Assembly: GCF_044324875.1 (NCBI RefSeq)
Contig: NZ_CP172185.1
Strand: one strand, 5' to 3'
DNA length: 64,000 bases
From: Escherichia coli
Lineage (GTDB): Bacteria; Pseudomonadota; Gammaproteobacteria; Enterobacterales; Enterobacteriaceae
A program made the position numbers and the translations under genes. Shown piece after piece: positions 31,683 through 43,223 of the stretch (positions are counted from its first letter, which is position 1; each line of letters opens with the position of its first letter). The notes beneath the pieces were generated by a model. The model did not search any database, had not been told where the DNA came from, and saw only the letters and a list, made by a program, of their open reading frames with translations.

Positions 31683-32687
31683 CTCTGAAGCAAACTTAAA
31701 ACATCTCTGCACCATTCCATGCACGCATAAAAGTCATTCCGGCATTTCATTTTACATAACATAAACAGAACAATAATAATTACAACAACATTCACACCAG
31801 CATTACAGAACACACTCTGTCTGTTGTTATCACCAGAAATATCAGGAGTATTTAAATGATTATTTCCTCACCTGCAGATTACAGGGACGCCGCAAAACAC
31901 AGACTGCCACGCTTTCTTTTTGATTACATAGACGGCGGGGCTGTTACTGAAAAAACCATGCATGAAAATATGACCTCTTTATCTTCGGTCAGCCTCCGGC
32001 AGCAGGTGCTTTGTGGCGCCGGAGCCCCCGAACTGAACACCACCATCCTTGATTCAGAATGGGCCATGCCTGTTGCTCTGGGCCCCGTCGGTGCCACTGG
32101 CATGTACGCCCGTCGTGGAGAGGTGCAGGCAGCCAGAGCGGCCTCAGCAATGAACATCCCTTATACTCTCTCAACCGTCTCCGTCTGCCCGATCGAAGAG
32201 GTCGCCGGACACGCTGACGGGCAACTGTGGTCCCAGTTATACGTCCTTCGGGATCGTGGTTATATGCAAAACGCACTTGAACGCGCCTGGACTGCAGGTA
32301 TGAAAACCCTGGTATTTACCGTCGACATGCCTGTGCCGGGCTCCCGGTACAGGGATAACCATTCAGGGATGTCAGGTCCCCACGCCACACTGCGTCAGTA
32401 TCTTCAGGCCGTTCTTCATCCCCGCTGGGCGCTGGATGTGGGAATTGCCGGTCGTCCTCTGTCATTTGGTAACATCGAAACGTACACCGGGCATAAAATG
32501 TCGATGGATGACTATATGGGCTTTATCAGCAAAAACTTTGATCCCTCTATTGCATGGAACGATCTCGAATGGATCCGTGATGGCTGGAAAGGTAAACTGA
32601 TAATAAAAGGGATCCTTGTTCCGGAAGATGCAAAAAATGCTGTACTGAACCGCCCCGGGTTTCCTGGAGAGTGTTTTATCTGTGAAC

Positions 32688-33578
32688 TCAGGCTGCCAGA
32701 TCATCGTTTCCGATGGAAGCATAATAAGATTTTTCTGCTTCTGCCGGTGGGATATGGCCCAGCCTTTCCAGCAATCGTCGATTGTTATACCAGTCCACCC
32801 ACGTGAGTGTGGCCAGCTCCACTTCTGTCCGGTTTTTCCAGCTCTTACGGTGTATTACCTCCGCTTTGTAAAGGCCATTGATGCTCTCCGCCATCGCGTT
32901 GTCATACGAGTCACCAGTACTTCCTGTTGATGCCAGTAATCCGGCTTCCTTAAGCCGCTGTGTGTAGGCCAGCGATACATACTGAGAACCTTTATCACTG
33001 TGATGGACTGTGCCGGACGGTCGACGGGCCCATAACGCCTGCTCCAGAGCATCCAGCACGAATGTCGTTTCCATAGACGATGAGACCCGCCACCCCACGA
33101 TGTATCCGGCAAACACATCAATGATGAACGCCACATAGACGACCCCCTCCCATGTGCTGACGTAAGTAAAATCAGCCACCCACAACTGGTCAGGACGTTC
33201 TGCCACAAACTGACGGTTTACGCGGTCGCCTGCGGCAACGGCTTTCCGGCTGACGGTAGTGCGGACCTTTTTACCCCGGAGAACACCGGCAAGTCCCATA
33301 ACCGCCATGAGGCGCGCCACTGTACATCTGGCTACCCTGATTCCTTCCCGTAACAACTGACGCCAGACTTTACGCACACCGTATACCTGATGATTCCCAT
33401 CGTATACGCGCAGTATCTCTTTCTTCAGCCAGTCATCGCGCTGCGCACGGGCACTGCGTTTATAAGGATGATGTCGCTGTTGCTGACAGTGGTAATACGT
33501 TGACGGGGCAATATGTAGTTCACTGCATACCGGTCCGACCCCGTACAGCTTACGCAGCTTATCCAGCAGTGGCATCAC
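32688..33578 (-). CDS. IS629 OrfB transposase
   Basis: 296-aa DDE ORF. Confidence 0.9.
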   Translation of the reverse strand: MMPLLDKLRKLYGVGPVCSELHIAPSTYYHCQQQRHHPYKRSARAQRDDWLKKEILRVYDGNHQVYGVRKVWRQLLREGIRVARCTVARLMAVMGLAGVLRGKKVRTTVSRKAVAAGDRVNRQFVAERPDQLWVADFTYVSTWEGVVYVAFIIDVFAGYIVGWRVSSSMETTFVLDALEQALWARRPSGTVHHSDKGSQYVSLAYTQRLKEAGLLASTGSTGDSYDNAMAESINGLYKAEVIHRKSWKNRTEVELATLTWVDWYNNRRLLERLGHIPPAEAEKSYYASIGNDDLAA

Positions 33579-33901
33579 TTTTTCCAGAGGCGGTCGAACT
33601 CCGCCTTCGCAAAATAAGCGGAAGCCTGGCGAAGGATATCGTTACTGCGGCGCAGTTCACGATTTTCACGTTCCAGCTCTTTCAGACGCTGACGTTCAGC
33701 GGTGGTGAGCCCGCCATCACCGCCTCCGGTATCCCGCTCATGCTGGCGTACCCAGACACGCAGAGTCTCCGGTGTACAGCCAATCTTTGGGGCAATGGAA
33801 CAAATTGCCGCCCACTGTGAGTCATATTCGCCCTGACTTTCCAGAACCATACGAATCGCCCTCTGACGGACTTCGGGGGAAAAACGAGTATTTTTAGTCA
33901 T
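33575..33901 (-). CDS. IS629 OrfA
   Basis: [33 protein letters not shown]... Confidence 0.9.
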   Translation of the reverse strand: MTKNTRFSPEVRQRAIRMVLESQGEYDSQWAAICSIAPKIGCTPETLRVWVRQHERDTGGGDGGLTTAERQRLKELERENRELRRSNDILRQASAYFAKAEFDRLWKK

Positions 33902-34412
33902 TCTGTTTACCTCTTTCTCAGGGAGTTTAGTCTCCAGGATTCCCGGGGCGGTTCAGTACGGCTTGGCGCGGATGGCATCATTGTCTCCAATCATGGCGGA
34001 CGTCAGCTTGATGGTGCCATCCCCACGGCCAGGGCATTACCGGCGATAGCAGATGCAGTGGGTGATGACATCACGGTACTGGCGGATTCAGGTATTCGTT
34101 CCGGTGTGGATGTGGTCCGGATGCTTGCTCTGGGGGCAAAAGGTGTGCTGCTGGGAAGAGCGTATATTTACGCACTTGCCGCTGCGGGAAAAAAAGGCGT
34201 TGAGCACCTGCTCAGACTTTATGCTGAAGATATGAAAGTCACCATGACGCTGATCGGCGCTTCTTCTCCCGCTGATATCAGCAGCAGAAATCTTGAATAT
34301 CTGGAAAAAGAATTCTCCCGACATTCATCATCCTGACCAAAGTAAACCAGGCACATATCCTCCATGCTCCCGGGACAACAGAGCGCAGTTCGGGCACTAC
34401 AGCCTTACTGGT

Positions 34413-34703
34413 TTACCAGTATGGTCTGCATTCAGAAGGGACCGACAACAACTCAGCCAGCTCCGCCACAAGGCGGTTGGTTTCCAGTAATTTCCGCAGA
34501 CTCACCGAAAAATAGCCTTGTGCCACATCGTGATTTTCACAGGCTTCCCTGCGCGTCAGCCCCAGAACAAAATAATCCCTCAGCGCCAGGATAACCTTTT
34601 TACTGTTAACGGGAGAAAGCGCTGCAAGTATTTCAAAATGTGCATCTGACATGCTTCCGGGCGTGTCATATATCCCGGCAACACGACTGTGATATATCCC
34701 CAC
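34413..34703 (-). CDS. PapB/FocB-family transcriptional regulator
   Basis: 96-aa ORF with GSMSDAHFEILAALSPVNSKKVILALRDYFVLGLTRREACE, resembling PapB-type fimbrial regulators. Confidence 0.6.
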   Translation of the reverse strand: MGIYHSRVAGIYDTPGSMSDAHFEILAALSPVNSKKVILALRDYFVLGLTRREACENHDVAQGYFSVSLRKLLETNRLVAELAELLSVPSECRPYW

Positions 34704-35584
34704 GGATACCCCCTGATTACCGCCTGCCCTTATTCCCCGGGAGACTGAGAACAGGCTGAGATATAAGTATATTTATATAATATTATATTTCGGATTATTC
34801 GCAGAATACTGAAAAAACCGGTCGGGTCAACCGCAGGAAAACAGAAAGAGCCTGTAATAACGCATAGAAACGATATTTAAAACCAGAACAACCATCAAAA
34901 ACAGAACATAAAGTCACAAAAACCGTCAAAAACGACCAGGTACTGCATTTTTAACACCTTTTTTAAATTTTGGTATCTTTACAAAAAACACCACCTGAAA
35001 ATCATTTATTTAATTAAATAAAGTAAATTGCTTAGCCTGATAAATATTGTTCTGCAACACTCCGGTTCAGGCAGAATGTATTTTCATGGCTTACCCATTC
35101 AGGCGTAAATGCGATATTCCGCACATGACAGAGACCACACAAAGAAAAACAGGCGCAGACAGCCGGATACAGGATAAATTAACACTTCACAATCCGGCAT
35201 TATTACGCTACAACATTCACGGGCAACTGCCCTTGTAACGAAAACTTCCTTAATTTGGGTATTTGTGTGCCGTACGTCTGTGGTGTACGGCTTTTTTTCA
35301 TTTTTTTATAATTTCTATAAATAAAGATATAATCAATACGTATATACCGTCGTATAAGATCCTTCTTCACCTTTCATTAAAAAGATCCGGAACAAAACAG
35401 ACGATGAGATTGTGGTACTACCAGATTTACACCCTTACTCCGGATAATTCACAAATCCTGAAATTACGACCTTCCTCCCGTTGCCGGACTGAAACAATAT
35501 GCAGACACTCTGACGGACATGTCAGCAATGCACTCGCTCTCTGCTGTACAGGTATTACACCATACTTCACCAGGAGGTCTGTTC

Positions 35585-37228
35585 ATGGATATCTGGTCAC
35601 AGGACTATGATCCCGTCGGAAATATCTGGCTGTCCAGCCTGACAGCATCGCTTCCCATTCTGTTTTTTTTCTTTGCCCTGATTAAGCTGAAGCTTAAAGG
35701 CCATGTTGCTGCCACATGGACTGTCATTATCGCGCTCATCGTGGCCCTTCTTTTTTATAAGATGCCTCTCACAGCCGCACTCGCTTCCGTGCTCTATGGT
35801 TTCTTCTATGGCCTGTGGCCCATTGCCTGGATAATTATTGCCGCAGTTTTTGTTTATAAAATTTCTGTAAAAACCGGACAGTTCGATATCATTCGCGCTT
35901 CAGTGCTGTCCGTTACGCCTGATCAGCGTATTCAGATGCTGATTGTGGGGTTTGCCTTTGGTGCCTTTCTCGAAGGGGCCGCCGGTTTTGGAGCACCTGT
36001 GGCCATAACAGCAGCACTGCTCGTGGTGCTTGGGTTCAGACCACTTTACGCGGCCGGGTTGTGTCTGATCGTCAATACAGCTCCCGTGGCCTTTGGTGCG
36101 ATGGGGATCCCCATTCTCGTCGCAGGCCAGGTTACCGGGCTGGACAGCTTTGAAATCGGTCAGATGGTTGGTCGTCAGTTACCCTTCCTGACCATTATTG
36201 TGTTGTTCTGGATCATGGCAATTATGGATGGCCTGCGTGGCATTAAGGAAACCTGGCCCGCCGTTCTGGTTGCCGGAGGTTCCTTCGCCATAGCCCAGTT
36301 TCTCAGTTCCAACTTTCTGGGCCCGGAGCTCCCGGACATCATATCATCACTGGTGTCGCTGGTTTGTCTGACGCTTTTCCTGAAACGCTGGCAGCCTGTA
36401 CATATTTTTCGCTTTGACAACACCCCGTACCAGAATACGGACTCATCACCACTGAGCCGTTCACAGGTGATACGGGCATGGTCGCCATTTCTGTTTCTGA
36501 CTGCCACGGTGACACTCTGGAGTCTTCCTCCCTTTAAAACACTGTTCGCACCGGGCGGTACACTGCATGACCTGGTGATTACTGTTCCTGTGCCGTATCT
36601 TGATAAACTCATTGCACGTATGCCTCCGGTAGTCAGCGAAGCCACTGCTTATGCCGCGGTGTTTAAGTTTGACTGGTTCTCTGCCACCGGTACCGCCATC
36701 CTGTTTGCAGCATTGCTCTCTGTGATCTGGCTGAAGATGAAACCGTCAGATGCTGTCAGCACCTTTGGCAGTACACTGAAAGAACTTGCCCTGCCCGTCT
36801 ATTCCATCGGCATGGTGCTGGCTTTCGCCTTTATCTCTAATTATTCGGGGCTTTCATCCACACTTGCCCTGGCTCTGGCACAGACAGGCAGCGCCTTTAC
36901 GTTCTTCTCACCGTTTCTGGGCTGGCTGGGCGTATTTCTGACGGGATCAGATACCTCATCCAATGCATTATTTGCATCACTCCAGGCAACGGCAGCTCAT
37001 CAGATCGGGGTCTCCGATATTCTGATGGTTGCCGCCAACACCACAGGGGGAGTAACCGGCAAAATGATTTCTCCACAGTCCATTGCCATCGCCTGCGCAG
37101 CAACCGGACTTGTTGGCAAAGAATCAGAACTCTTTCGTTTTACTGTTAAACACAGCCTGATCTTCACCTGTATTGTGGGAGTCATCACCTCTCTCCAGGC
37201 ATGGGTATTCACCTGGATGATCCCATGA
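35585..37228 (+). CDS. lldP: L-lactate permease (LctP family)
   Basis: Near-collinear with E. coli LldP from [19 protein letters not shown]; start set to ATG 35585. Confidence 0.85.
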   Translation: MDIWSQDYDPVGNIWLSSLTASLPILFFFFALIKLKLKGHVAATWTVIIALIVALLFYKMPLTAALASVLYGFFYGLWPIAWIIIAAVFVYKISVKTGQFDIIRASVLSVTPDQRIQMLIVGFAFGAFLEGAAGFGAPVAITAALLVVLGFRPLYAAGLCLIVNTAPVAFGAMGIPILVAGQVTGLDSFEIGQMVGRQLPFLTIIVLFWIMAIMDGLRGIKETWPAVLVAGGSFAIAQFLSSNFLGPELPDIISSLVSLVCLTLFLKRWQPVHIFRFDNTPYQNTDSSPLSRSQVIRAWSPFLFLTATVTLWSLPPFKTLFAPGGTLHDLVITVPVPYLDKLIARMPPVVSEATAYAAVFKFDWFSATGTAILFAALLSVIWLKMKPSDAVSTFGSTLKELALPVYSIGMVLAFAFISNYSGLSSTLALALAQTGSAFTFFSPFLGWLGVFLTGSDTSSNALFASLQATAAHQIGVSDILMVAANTTGGVTGKMISPQSIAIACAATGLVGKESELFRFTVKHSLIFTCIVGVITSLQAWVFTWMIP

Positions 37229-37403
37229 AATATTTGTTGTGCCGGATCTTTTCCGGCATGATGATGTGTGTTACAGCCTCTGGCTTATAACACTCTGCAG
37301 TAGTGCTGGCTGACGTGACTGCCGGATATTCTGGTTTTCTTAAGTCACGGATATACTGACGACAGGGTTTCACATTCAATATTCAACTGACAGGTATGTT
37401 TAT

Positions 37404-38696
37404 ATGGCACACCGCTACCTGACACGACAGGATCACAGGACCTTATCTCTGGCTGCGCTCGGAGGCGCACTTGAATTCTATGACTTCATCATTTTTGTTT
37501 TTTTCGCCGCCGTCATTGCTGAGCTCTTTTTCCCGCCGGATATACCGGAATGGCTCCGTCAGCTCCAGGCATTTGGTATATTTGCTGCCGGGTACCTGGC
37601 ACGACCTCTCGGCGGAATAATTCTGGCCCATTTTGGCGATATACTTGGGCGAAAGAAAATGTTCACCCTGAGTATTTTGCTTATGGCAGTACCGACACTT
37701 GTTATCGGTATTTTGCCAACCTACAGCTCTGTGGGTACCCTGGCTCCTGTGCTGCTTCTTCTGATGCGTCTGCTTCAGGGCGCAGCGATTGGCGGTGAAG
37801 TGCCCGGTGCCTGGGTTTTTGTTGCTGAGCATGTACCGGAGCGCCGAACCGGTATTGCATGCGGAACACTGACAGCAGGTTTAACCGCCGGGATCCTGCT
37901 TGGTTCAGTGGTTGCCACACTTGTCAATTCAGTATTGTCTCAGGATATTGTTTACGATTACGGCTGGCGATTCCCCTTCCTTCTTGGTGGTGTTTTTGGC
38001 CTGGCAGCAATGTACCTGCGCCGCTGGCTGGAGGAAACTCCGGTATTTCTGGAAATGAAAGCCAGAAAAAAACTGGCTCAGGAATTACCGGTAAAAGCTG
38101 TCGTTTTAAGACATAAAAAAGCTGTTGTGATTTCCATGCTGTTGACATGGCTGATATCCGCAGGGATTATTGTGGTGATACTGATGGCACCGGTCTGGTT
38201 ACAGAAACAGTATGACTTTTCGCCGACAGTCACCTTACAGGCTAACAGCATTGCAACTATTATGCTGAGTCTGGGATGCCTGCTGGCCGGTATGGCCATT
38301 GATTCTTTTGGTGCCGGAAAAACCTTTATATCAGGCAGTATTCTGCTTGGATGTTCAGGATGGCTGTTCTATCACACTGTCGGTGAGTATCCTGAAATGT
38401 TGTTCTGGCTGTATGGGCTGGCGGGATTCAGTGTGGGCATTGTCGGGGCCGTCCCTTATGTTCTCGTGCGTATTTTCCCCGCAGAGGTCAGGTTTACCGG
38501 CATTTCATTCTCTTACAATGTCGCTTATGCAGTGGTGGGGGGACTGACTCCTGTTGTGGTCACGATGTTAACGGAAATCTCCCCGATGGCTCCAGCATGG
38601 TATGTTATGCTGTTATCACTTGTGGGATCAGGACTGGGAATATGGTTCTGCAGGGATCCCCGTCTTTTTATCTGTCACGCAGACAAAGACAAATAA
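37404..38696 (+). CDS. MFS transporter, metabolite:H+ symporter type
   Basis: 430-aa 12-TM ORF with MFS motifs (GDILGRKK, LLMRLLQGAAIGGE). Confidence 0.8.
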   Translation: MAHRYLTRQDHRTLSLAALGGALEFYDFIIFVFFAAVIAELFFPPDIPEWLRQLQAFGIFAAGYLARPLGGIILAHFGDILGRKKMFTLSILLMAVPTLVIGILPTYSSVGTLAPVLLLLMRLLQGAAIGGEVPGAWVFVAEHVPERRTGIACGTLTAGLTAGILLGSVVATLVNSVLSQDIVYDYGWRFPFLLGGVFGLAAMYLRRWLEETPVFLEMKARKKLAQELPVKAVVLRHKKAVVISMLLTWLISAGIIVVILMAPVWLQKQYDFSPTVTLQANSIATIMLSLGCLLAGMAIDSFGAGKTFISGSILLGCSGWLFYHTVGEYPEMLFWLYGLAGFSVGIVGAVPYVLVRIFPAEVRFTGISFSYNVAYAVVGGLTPVVVTMLTEISPMAPAWYVMLLSLVGSGLGIWFCRDPRLFICHADKDK

Positions 38697-38738
38697 TGTT
38701 TCACCGTTATATAACGGTATCATTCAGTTTTTAAAAAT

Positions 38739-38760
38739 GGCGACAGGTTAACCTGTCGCC
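38739..38760. terminator. candidate terminator hairpin after the MFS gene
   Basis: GGCGACAGG-TTAA-CCTGTCGCC perfect 9-bp stem, 43 bp after the stop; no clean T-run, so efficiency uncertain. Confidence 0.4.
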
Positions 38761-39328
38761 ATCCGGTCAGATGCTCACCAGACCGCGCCCCCCATCAGTC
38801 TCCATATCCTCCCCCTTGCCCTGCCGGATGATAGCGCCACGCGACATCACCAGGTAGTGGTCCGCCGTCATGTTCCGGTGAAATCGTCCTGACACGTTTC
38901 CGGGCTCGTTATCAGCGGTTTTTGCGAATGATCGCCGCCCTGCGATGGTTGATTTATTTTATTGCGCCCCGGCGTCTGCCTTGCCAGGTACCGGAGGCGG
39001 GCTCTGAAGTACTGAGTAGGGTGAGCGCGTCAGGCCACGAAGTACTGACACGGGAGTTTGTGGCAGGCAGTGAAGTCCTGACCAGGGTAAGGGAGGGGCT
39101 GACGTGCATGCCCTGACTGTCAGCCAGGGCGCGTGGTGACTGACTTTCTCAATAACCCGCTGTCAGGCGCTCAACGCCCGACAGCAGGCCATGGCCCGGT
39201 GTGCAAAGACCTGACGGCAGGCCTTGTGTCACCCGGATAAGGTAAATCCCTCAAGAGGCAGCAACTCAGCCAGTCGGTCCTCAGGCCACTCCGGCAGGCG
39301 CGTCAGTACGTCCGTCAGCCAGGCATGT

Positions 39329-39432
39329 TGCAAAATCGCATCGTGTTCGATCGCCGATTCGCATCGTACTCGATCGCTGATTCGCATTGTCCGATCATTG
39401 ATTCGCATCCTGCAGTCACTCCTGGAATTAAC
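39329..39432 (+). mobile_element. IS21-family left-end remnant
   Basis: TGCAAAATCGCAT… with four ATTCGCAT subterminal repeats and …CCTGCAGTCACTCCTGGAATTAAC, paralleling the left end of the intact IS21-family element; sequence diverges after 39432. Confidence 0.5.
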
Positions 39433-39517
39433 TTTTCTGCATAGTCTCTACTGCTGAATTTTCTTCTCAGTAGAGGTCTTGATGGCTGTAAGCGTCAACG
39501 GAGCACCGTATTGACGC

Positions 39518-41131
39518 TTATTTATTGGTGAGTACTACGTTCCATGGCAGGAGTTCGTCAACTCGGTTGGAAGGCCATTCCGGCAGTACGCTCAGGATAT
39601 GGCGCAGATACGCTTCCGGATCGATACCGTTCAGACGGCAGGTGCCGATCAGCCCGTACAACAGTGCTCCACGCTCGCTGCCGTGATCGCTGCCAAAGAA
39701 CATAAAGTTTTTCTTTCCGAGACAGACTGCACGAAGCGCTCTTTCCGCAGCATTATTATCCGCCTCCGCCAGACCGTCATCACTGTAATAACAGAGGGCA
39801 TCCCACTGATTCAGTACATAGCTGAACGCTTCGCCCAGTCTGGATTTTTTCGACAGCGTACCATTCTTCTCCACCATCCATTCATGCAGCGACGTCAGTA
39901 ACACTTTGCTTCGCTGCTGCCTGACGGCAAGACGCTCTGACTCCGGTAATCCCCGTATTTCATCCTCGATGGCGTACAGTTCACTGATTCGCTTCAGGGC
40001 TTCTTCTGCCGTCGCACTTTTGCTGCTGATGTATACATCGTGGATTTTTCGCCGGGCATGGGCCCAGCACGCAACTTCTGTCAGTGCACCACCTTCACGT
40101 TCTGCACTGAACAACCTGTCGTAACCTGTGAACGCATCCGCCTGCAGGATACCCCGGAAGGGGCGGAGGTGTTGCTCCGGGTGTTTCCCCTGCCGGTTCG
40201 GCGAGTACGCGAACCAGACCGCTGGAGGAGATGACGAACCCACATTGCGATCATCCCGGACATACGTCCAGATACGCCCTGTTTTCGCCTTTTTCTGACC
40301 CGGTGCCAGTACCTTTACCGGTGTGTCATCAGTGTGAACCTTGCGGGTGTTCATTACATAACGGTACAGGGCATCATTCACCGGTGTCATTAACTGGCAG
40401 CACGCGTCAACCCAGTTGGAGAGTAAGGCCCGGCTCAGTTCGACACCCTGGCGGGCAAAGATTTCACTCTGACGATACAGTGGCAGGTGTTCGCAGTATT
40501 TTCCCGTTAACACGCGGGCAAGTAACCCCGGGCCCGCGATACCACGCTCTATCGGACGGGATGGTGCCGGTGCTTCAACGATACAGTCACATTTTGTACA
40601 GGCTTTTTTTACCCGTTCTGTGCGGATCACTTTCAGGGCGCTGCTCACCAGTTCCAGTTGTTCTGCACTGACTTCCCCCAGATAATCCAGCTCACCGCCA
40701 CACTCCGGGCAACAGCTTTCTTCAGGCTCCAGGCGGTTTATTTCGCGGGGCAGATGCTCCGGTAACGGACGACGATGGCGTGACTGTCGCAACTGGCGGG
40801 GAACCTGCCGGTCATCCTCTCGCCCACTGTAACGATCGCTGTCCTGTTCGCGTTGCTTCAGCAGGGCCTCAGCCTGTTCAACTTCACGACGCAGTTTTTC
40901 AGAACGGGTACCGAACAGCATCCGGCGCAGTTTTTCTATCTGAGCCCGCAGATGTTCTATTTCCCGTTCATCTTCTTCGATCTTTTCTTCGGCACGTGCC
41001 AGCGCAGAACGCAGGAAGGCCTCCGTCTCTTCAACCAGACTCAGTTGTTGGTCTTTCTGACGGAGGGCTTCAGCCTGCTCAGAGAGCAACCTTTCCAGCT
41101 CTGCGATGCGAATGAGGTATTTCTGACTCAT
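39518..41131 (-). CDS. IS66-family transposase TnpC
   Basis: 537-aa ORF, CCPECGG motif. Confidence 0.9.
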   Translation of the reverse strand: MSQKYLIRIAELERLLSEQAEALRQKDQQLSLVEETEAFLRSALARAEEKIEEDEREIEHLRAQIEKLRRMLFGTRSEKLRREVEQAEALLKQREQDSDRYSGREDDRQVPRQLRQSRHRRPLPEHLPREINRLEPEESCCPECGGELDYLGEVSAEQLELVSSALKVIRTERVKKACTKCDCIVEAPAPSRPIERGIAGPGLLARVLTGKYCEHLPLYRQSEIFARQGVELSRALLSNWVDACCQLMTPVNDALYRYVMNTRKVHTDDTPVKVLAPGQKKAKTGRIWTYVRDDRNVGSSSPPAVWFAYSPNRQGKHPEQHLRPFRGILQADAFTGYDRLFSAEREGGALTEVACWAHARRKIHDVYISSKSATAEEALKRISELYAIEDEIRGLPESERLAVRQQRSKVLLTSLHEWMVEKNGTLSKKSRLGEAFSYVLNQWDALCYYSDDGLAEADNNAAERALRAVCLGKKNFMFFGSDHGSERGALLYGLIGTCRLNGIDPEAYLRHILSVLPEWPSNRVDELLPWNVVLTNK

Positions 41132-41161
41132 GACCGTTTTTATAATGCGGTCAGGCGTTTT

Positions 41162-41512
41162 TTACAACATTGTCAGTGAGTTAAGGCGGGATGTTTTTGG
41201 CTGACGCCAGTCCAGCTTATCGAGGAGCATTACCAGTTGCGAACGGGTAATGGATACCTTGCCGTCACGTACCGCAGGCCAGATAAACTGGCCTTCCTCC
41301 AGGCGTTTGGTGAACAGGCACAGACCATCAGCATCAGCCCAAAGAATTTTAACGGTGTCACCCCGTCGGCCACGGAAGATAAACAGGTGGCCGGAGAAGG
41401 GATTATCATTCAGCACATGTTGTACCTGTTCTCCCAGTCCGTTGAAGGATTTACGCATATCGGTAACGCCGGCAACGAGCCAGATACGGGTACCTGATGG
41501 GAGTGAAATCAT
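41162..41512 (-). CDS. IS66-family TnpB (Orf2)
   Basis: 116-aa ORF MISLPSGTRIWLVAGVTDMRKSFNGL... Confidence 0.9.
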   Translation of the reverse strand: MISLPSGTRIWLVAGVTDMRKSFNGLGEQVQHVLNDNPFSGHLFIFRGRRGDTVKILWADADGLCLFTKRLEEGQFIWPAVRDGKVSITRSQLVMLLDKLDWRQPKTSRLNSLTML

Positions 41513-41934
41513 CTTCCCCTCCCGCTCAGTTCGCGGATCAACACCGTGAGCAGCTCTGGCGATGGATTTTCCAGCGTCATGTTACCGTGATGGAACTCCA
41601 CCTTGCAGGAACTGGCACTGACTCTGGTCTGAGTGGAAGTGGATAAAGACGGCGCAATGGCCGCCACAGGTTCTTTCTGCTCATCCGGCGTTATTTCTAC
41701 AGGTAATAATTCAACGCCAGTGTCAGAAGAGGTCGTTACCGGAAGACGCCGCGAAACACGCCCTTCGTTCTGCCAGAGCCTGAGCCATTTGAAAATAACA
41801 TTATCATTGACGCCATTTTCACGTGCAATCTGTGCAACACAAGCTCCAGGTTGTGATGCCAGTTCAACCATACGAAGTTTGAATTCATTCGAATAGTTTT
41901 TACGAGGTTCTTTTCGCCAGTCCTGTAATTCCAT
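41509..41934 (-). CDS. IS66-family TnpA (Orf1)
   Basis: 141-aa ORF, 4-bp overlap with tnpB. Confidence 0.85.
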   Translation of the reverse strand: MELQDWRKEPRKNYSNEFKLRMVELASQPGACVAQIARENGVNDNVIFKWLRLWQNEGRVSRRLPVTTSSDTGVELLPVEITPDEQKEPVAAIAPSLSTSTQTRVSASSCKVEFHHGNMTLENPSPELLTVLIRELSGRGR

Positions 41935-42019
41935 ACTTAGATGTCCGTCTATATCAGATGGGCGTCTAAGTTACCAATTTTCGTCTGATGGCTACATACG
42001 GCGGTCAGTTTACGCTTAC

Positions 42020-42290
42020 CATTGAGGCAATTGAAAAACCACTTTCTTCCCTGCCTTACTCACTTTCCCGTCACATCCTGGAACATCTGCGTAAACTCAC
42101 CAGTCACGAACCCGTGATTGGCATTATGGGGAAAAGCGGGGCCGGTAAATCCTCACTCTGTAATGCACTGTTTCAGGGGGAGGTCACCCCGGTCAGTGAT
42201 GTTCACGCCGGCACCCGGGAAGTGCGGCGCTTCCGTCTGAGTGGCCACGGTCACAGCATGATTATCACTGACCTGCCCGGGGTGGGCGAG
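42020..42290 (+). pseudogene. YeeP-like GTPase gene fragment (second copy), truncated on both sides
   Basis: Encodes IEAIEKPLSSLPYSLSRHILEHLRKLTSHEPVIGIMGKSGAGKSS…DLPGVGE, near-identical to the full gene at 13161-14033; 5' end replaced by the IS66 end, 3' end cut by IS629 at GVGE. Confidence 0.7.
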
Positions 42291-42332
42291 TGAACCGCCC
42301 CGGGTTTCCTGGAGAGTGTTTTATCTGTGAAC

Positions 42333-43223
42333 TCAGGCTGCCAGATCATCGTTTCCGATGGAAGCATAATAAGCTTTTTCTGCTTCTGCCGGTGGGATAT
42401 GGCCCAGCCTTTCCAGCAATCGTCGATTGTTATACCAGTCCACCCACGTGAGTGTGGCCAGCTCCACTTCTGTCCGGTTTTTCCAGCTCTTACGGTGTAT
42501 TACCTCCGCTTTGTAAAGGCCATTGATGCTCTCCGCCATCGCGTTGTCATACGAGTCACCAGTACTTCCTGTTGATGCCAGTAATCCGGCTTCCTTAAGC
42601 CGCTGTGTGTAGGCCAGCGATACATACTGAGAACCTTTATCACTGTGATGGACTGTGCCGGACGGTCGACGGGCCCATAACGCCTGCTCCAGAGCATCCA
42701 GCACGAATGTCGTTTCCATAGACGATGAGACCCGCCACCCCACGATGTATCCGGCAAACACATCAATGATGAACGCCACATAGACGACCCCCTGCCATGT
42801 GCTGACGTAAGTAAAATCAGCCACCCACAACTGGTCAGGACGTTCTGCCACAAACTGACGGTTTACGCGGTCGCCTGCGGCAACGGCTTTCCGGCTGACG
42901 GTAGTGCGGACCTTTTTACCCCGGAGAACACCGGCAAGTCCCATAACCGCCATGAGGCGCGCCACTGTACATCTGGCTACCCTGATTCCTTCCCGTAACA
43001 ACTGACGCCAGACTTTACGCACACCGTATACCTGATGATTCCCATCGTATACGCGCAGTATCTCTTTCTTCAGCCAGTCATCGCGCTGCGCACGGGCACT
43101 GCGTTTATCCGGATGATGTCGCTGTTGCTGACAGTGGTAATACGTTGACGGGGCAATATGTAGTTCACTGCATACCGGTCCGACCCCGTACAGCTTACGC
43201 AGCTTATCCAGCAGTGGCATCAC
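42333..43223 (-). CDS. IS629 OrfB transposase
   Basis: 296-aa DDE ORF. Confidence 0.9.
   Translation of the reverse strand: MMPLLDKLRKLYGVGPVCSELHIAPSTYYHCQQQRHHPDKRSARAQRDDWLKKEILRVYDGNHQVYGVRKVWRQLLREGIRVARCTVARLMAVMGLAGVLRGKKVRTTVSRKAVAAGDRVNRQFVAERPDQLWVADFTYVSTWQGVVYVAFIIDVFAGYIVGWRVSSSMETTFVLDALEQALWARRPSGTVHHSDKGSQYVSLAYTQRLKEAGLLASTGSTGDSYDNAMAESINGLYKAEVIHRKSWKNRTEVELATLTWVDWYNNRRLLERLGHIPPAEAEKAYYASIGNDDLAA

Larger units (their letters stand above)
32646..33955 (-). mobile_element. IS629 (IS3 family, 1310 bp), copy 1
   Basis: Ends TGAACCGCCCCGGG(T/A)…; orfA/orfB pair; slightly diverged from the other copies (for example AEKSYY versus AEKAYY). Confidence 0.95.
31856..34336 (+). pseudogene. 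FMN-dependent alpha-hydroxy-acid dehydrogenase (LldD-like), interrupted by IS629
   Basis: 5' part 31856-32645 and 3' part 33956-34336 are collinear with LldD (…[10 protein letters not shown]… continues after the IS); IS flanked by GTAC on both sides. Confidence 0.8.
39488..42019 (-). mobile_element. IS66-family insertion sequence, second type (2532 bp)
   Basis: IRs GTAAGCGT… at both ends, tnpA-tnpB-tnpC; flanking 8-mers differ (TGATGGCT versus CATTGAGG), so no target-site duplication. Confidence 0.85.

Noticed and set aside
31856-32806. 316-aa track ORF for the LldD-like gene
   Set aside because: The last 54 residues are read-through into IS629; the real gene continues after the IS at 33956.
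39480-41990. TGATGGCT at 39480-39487 and again at 41983-41990 as a possible 8-bp target duplication of the second IS66-family element
   Set aside because: The right-hand copy lies inside the terminal inverted repeat rather than outside it, so it cannot be a target duplication; treated as coincidence or internal IR sequence.
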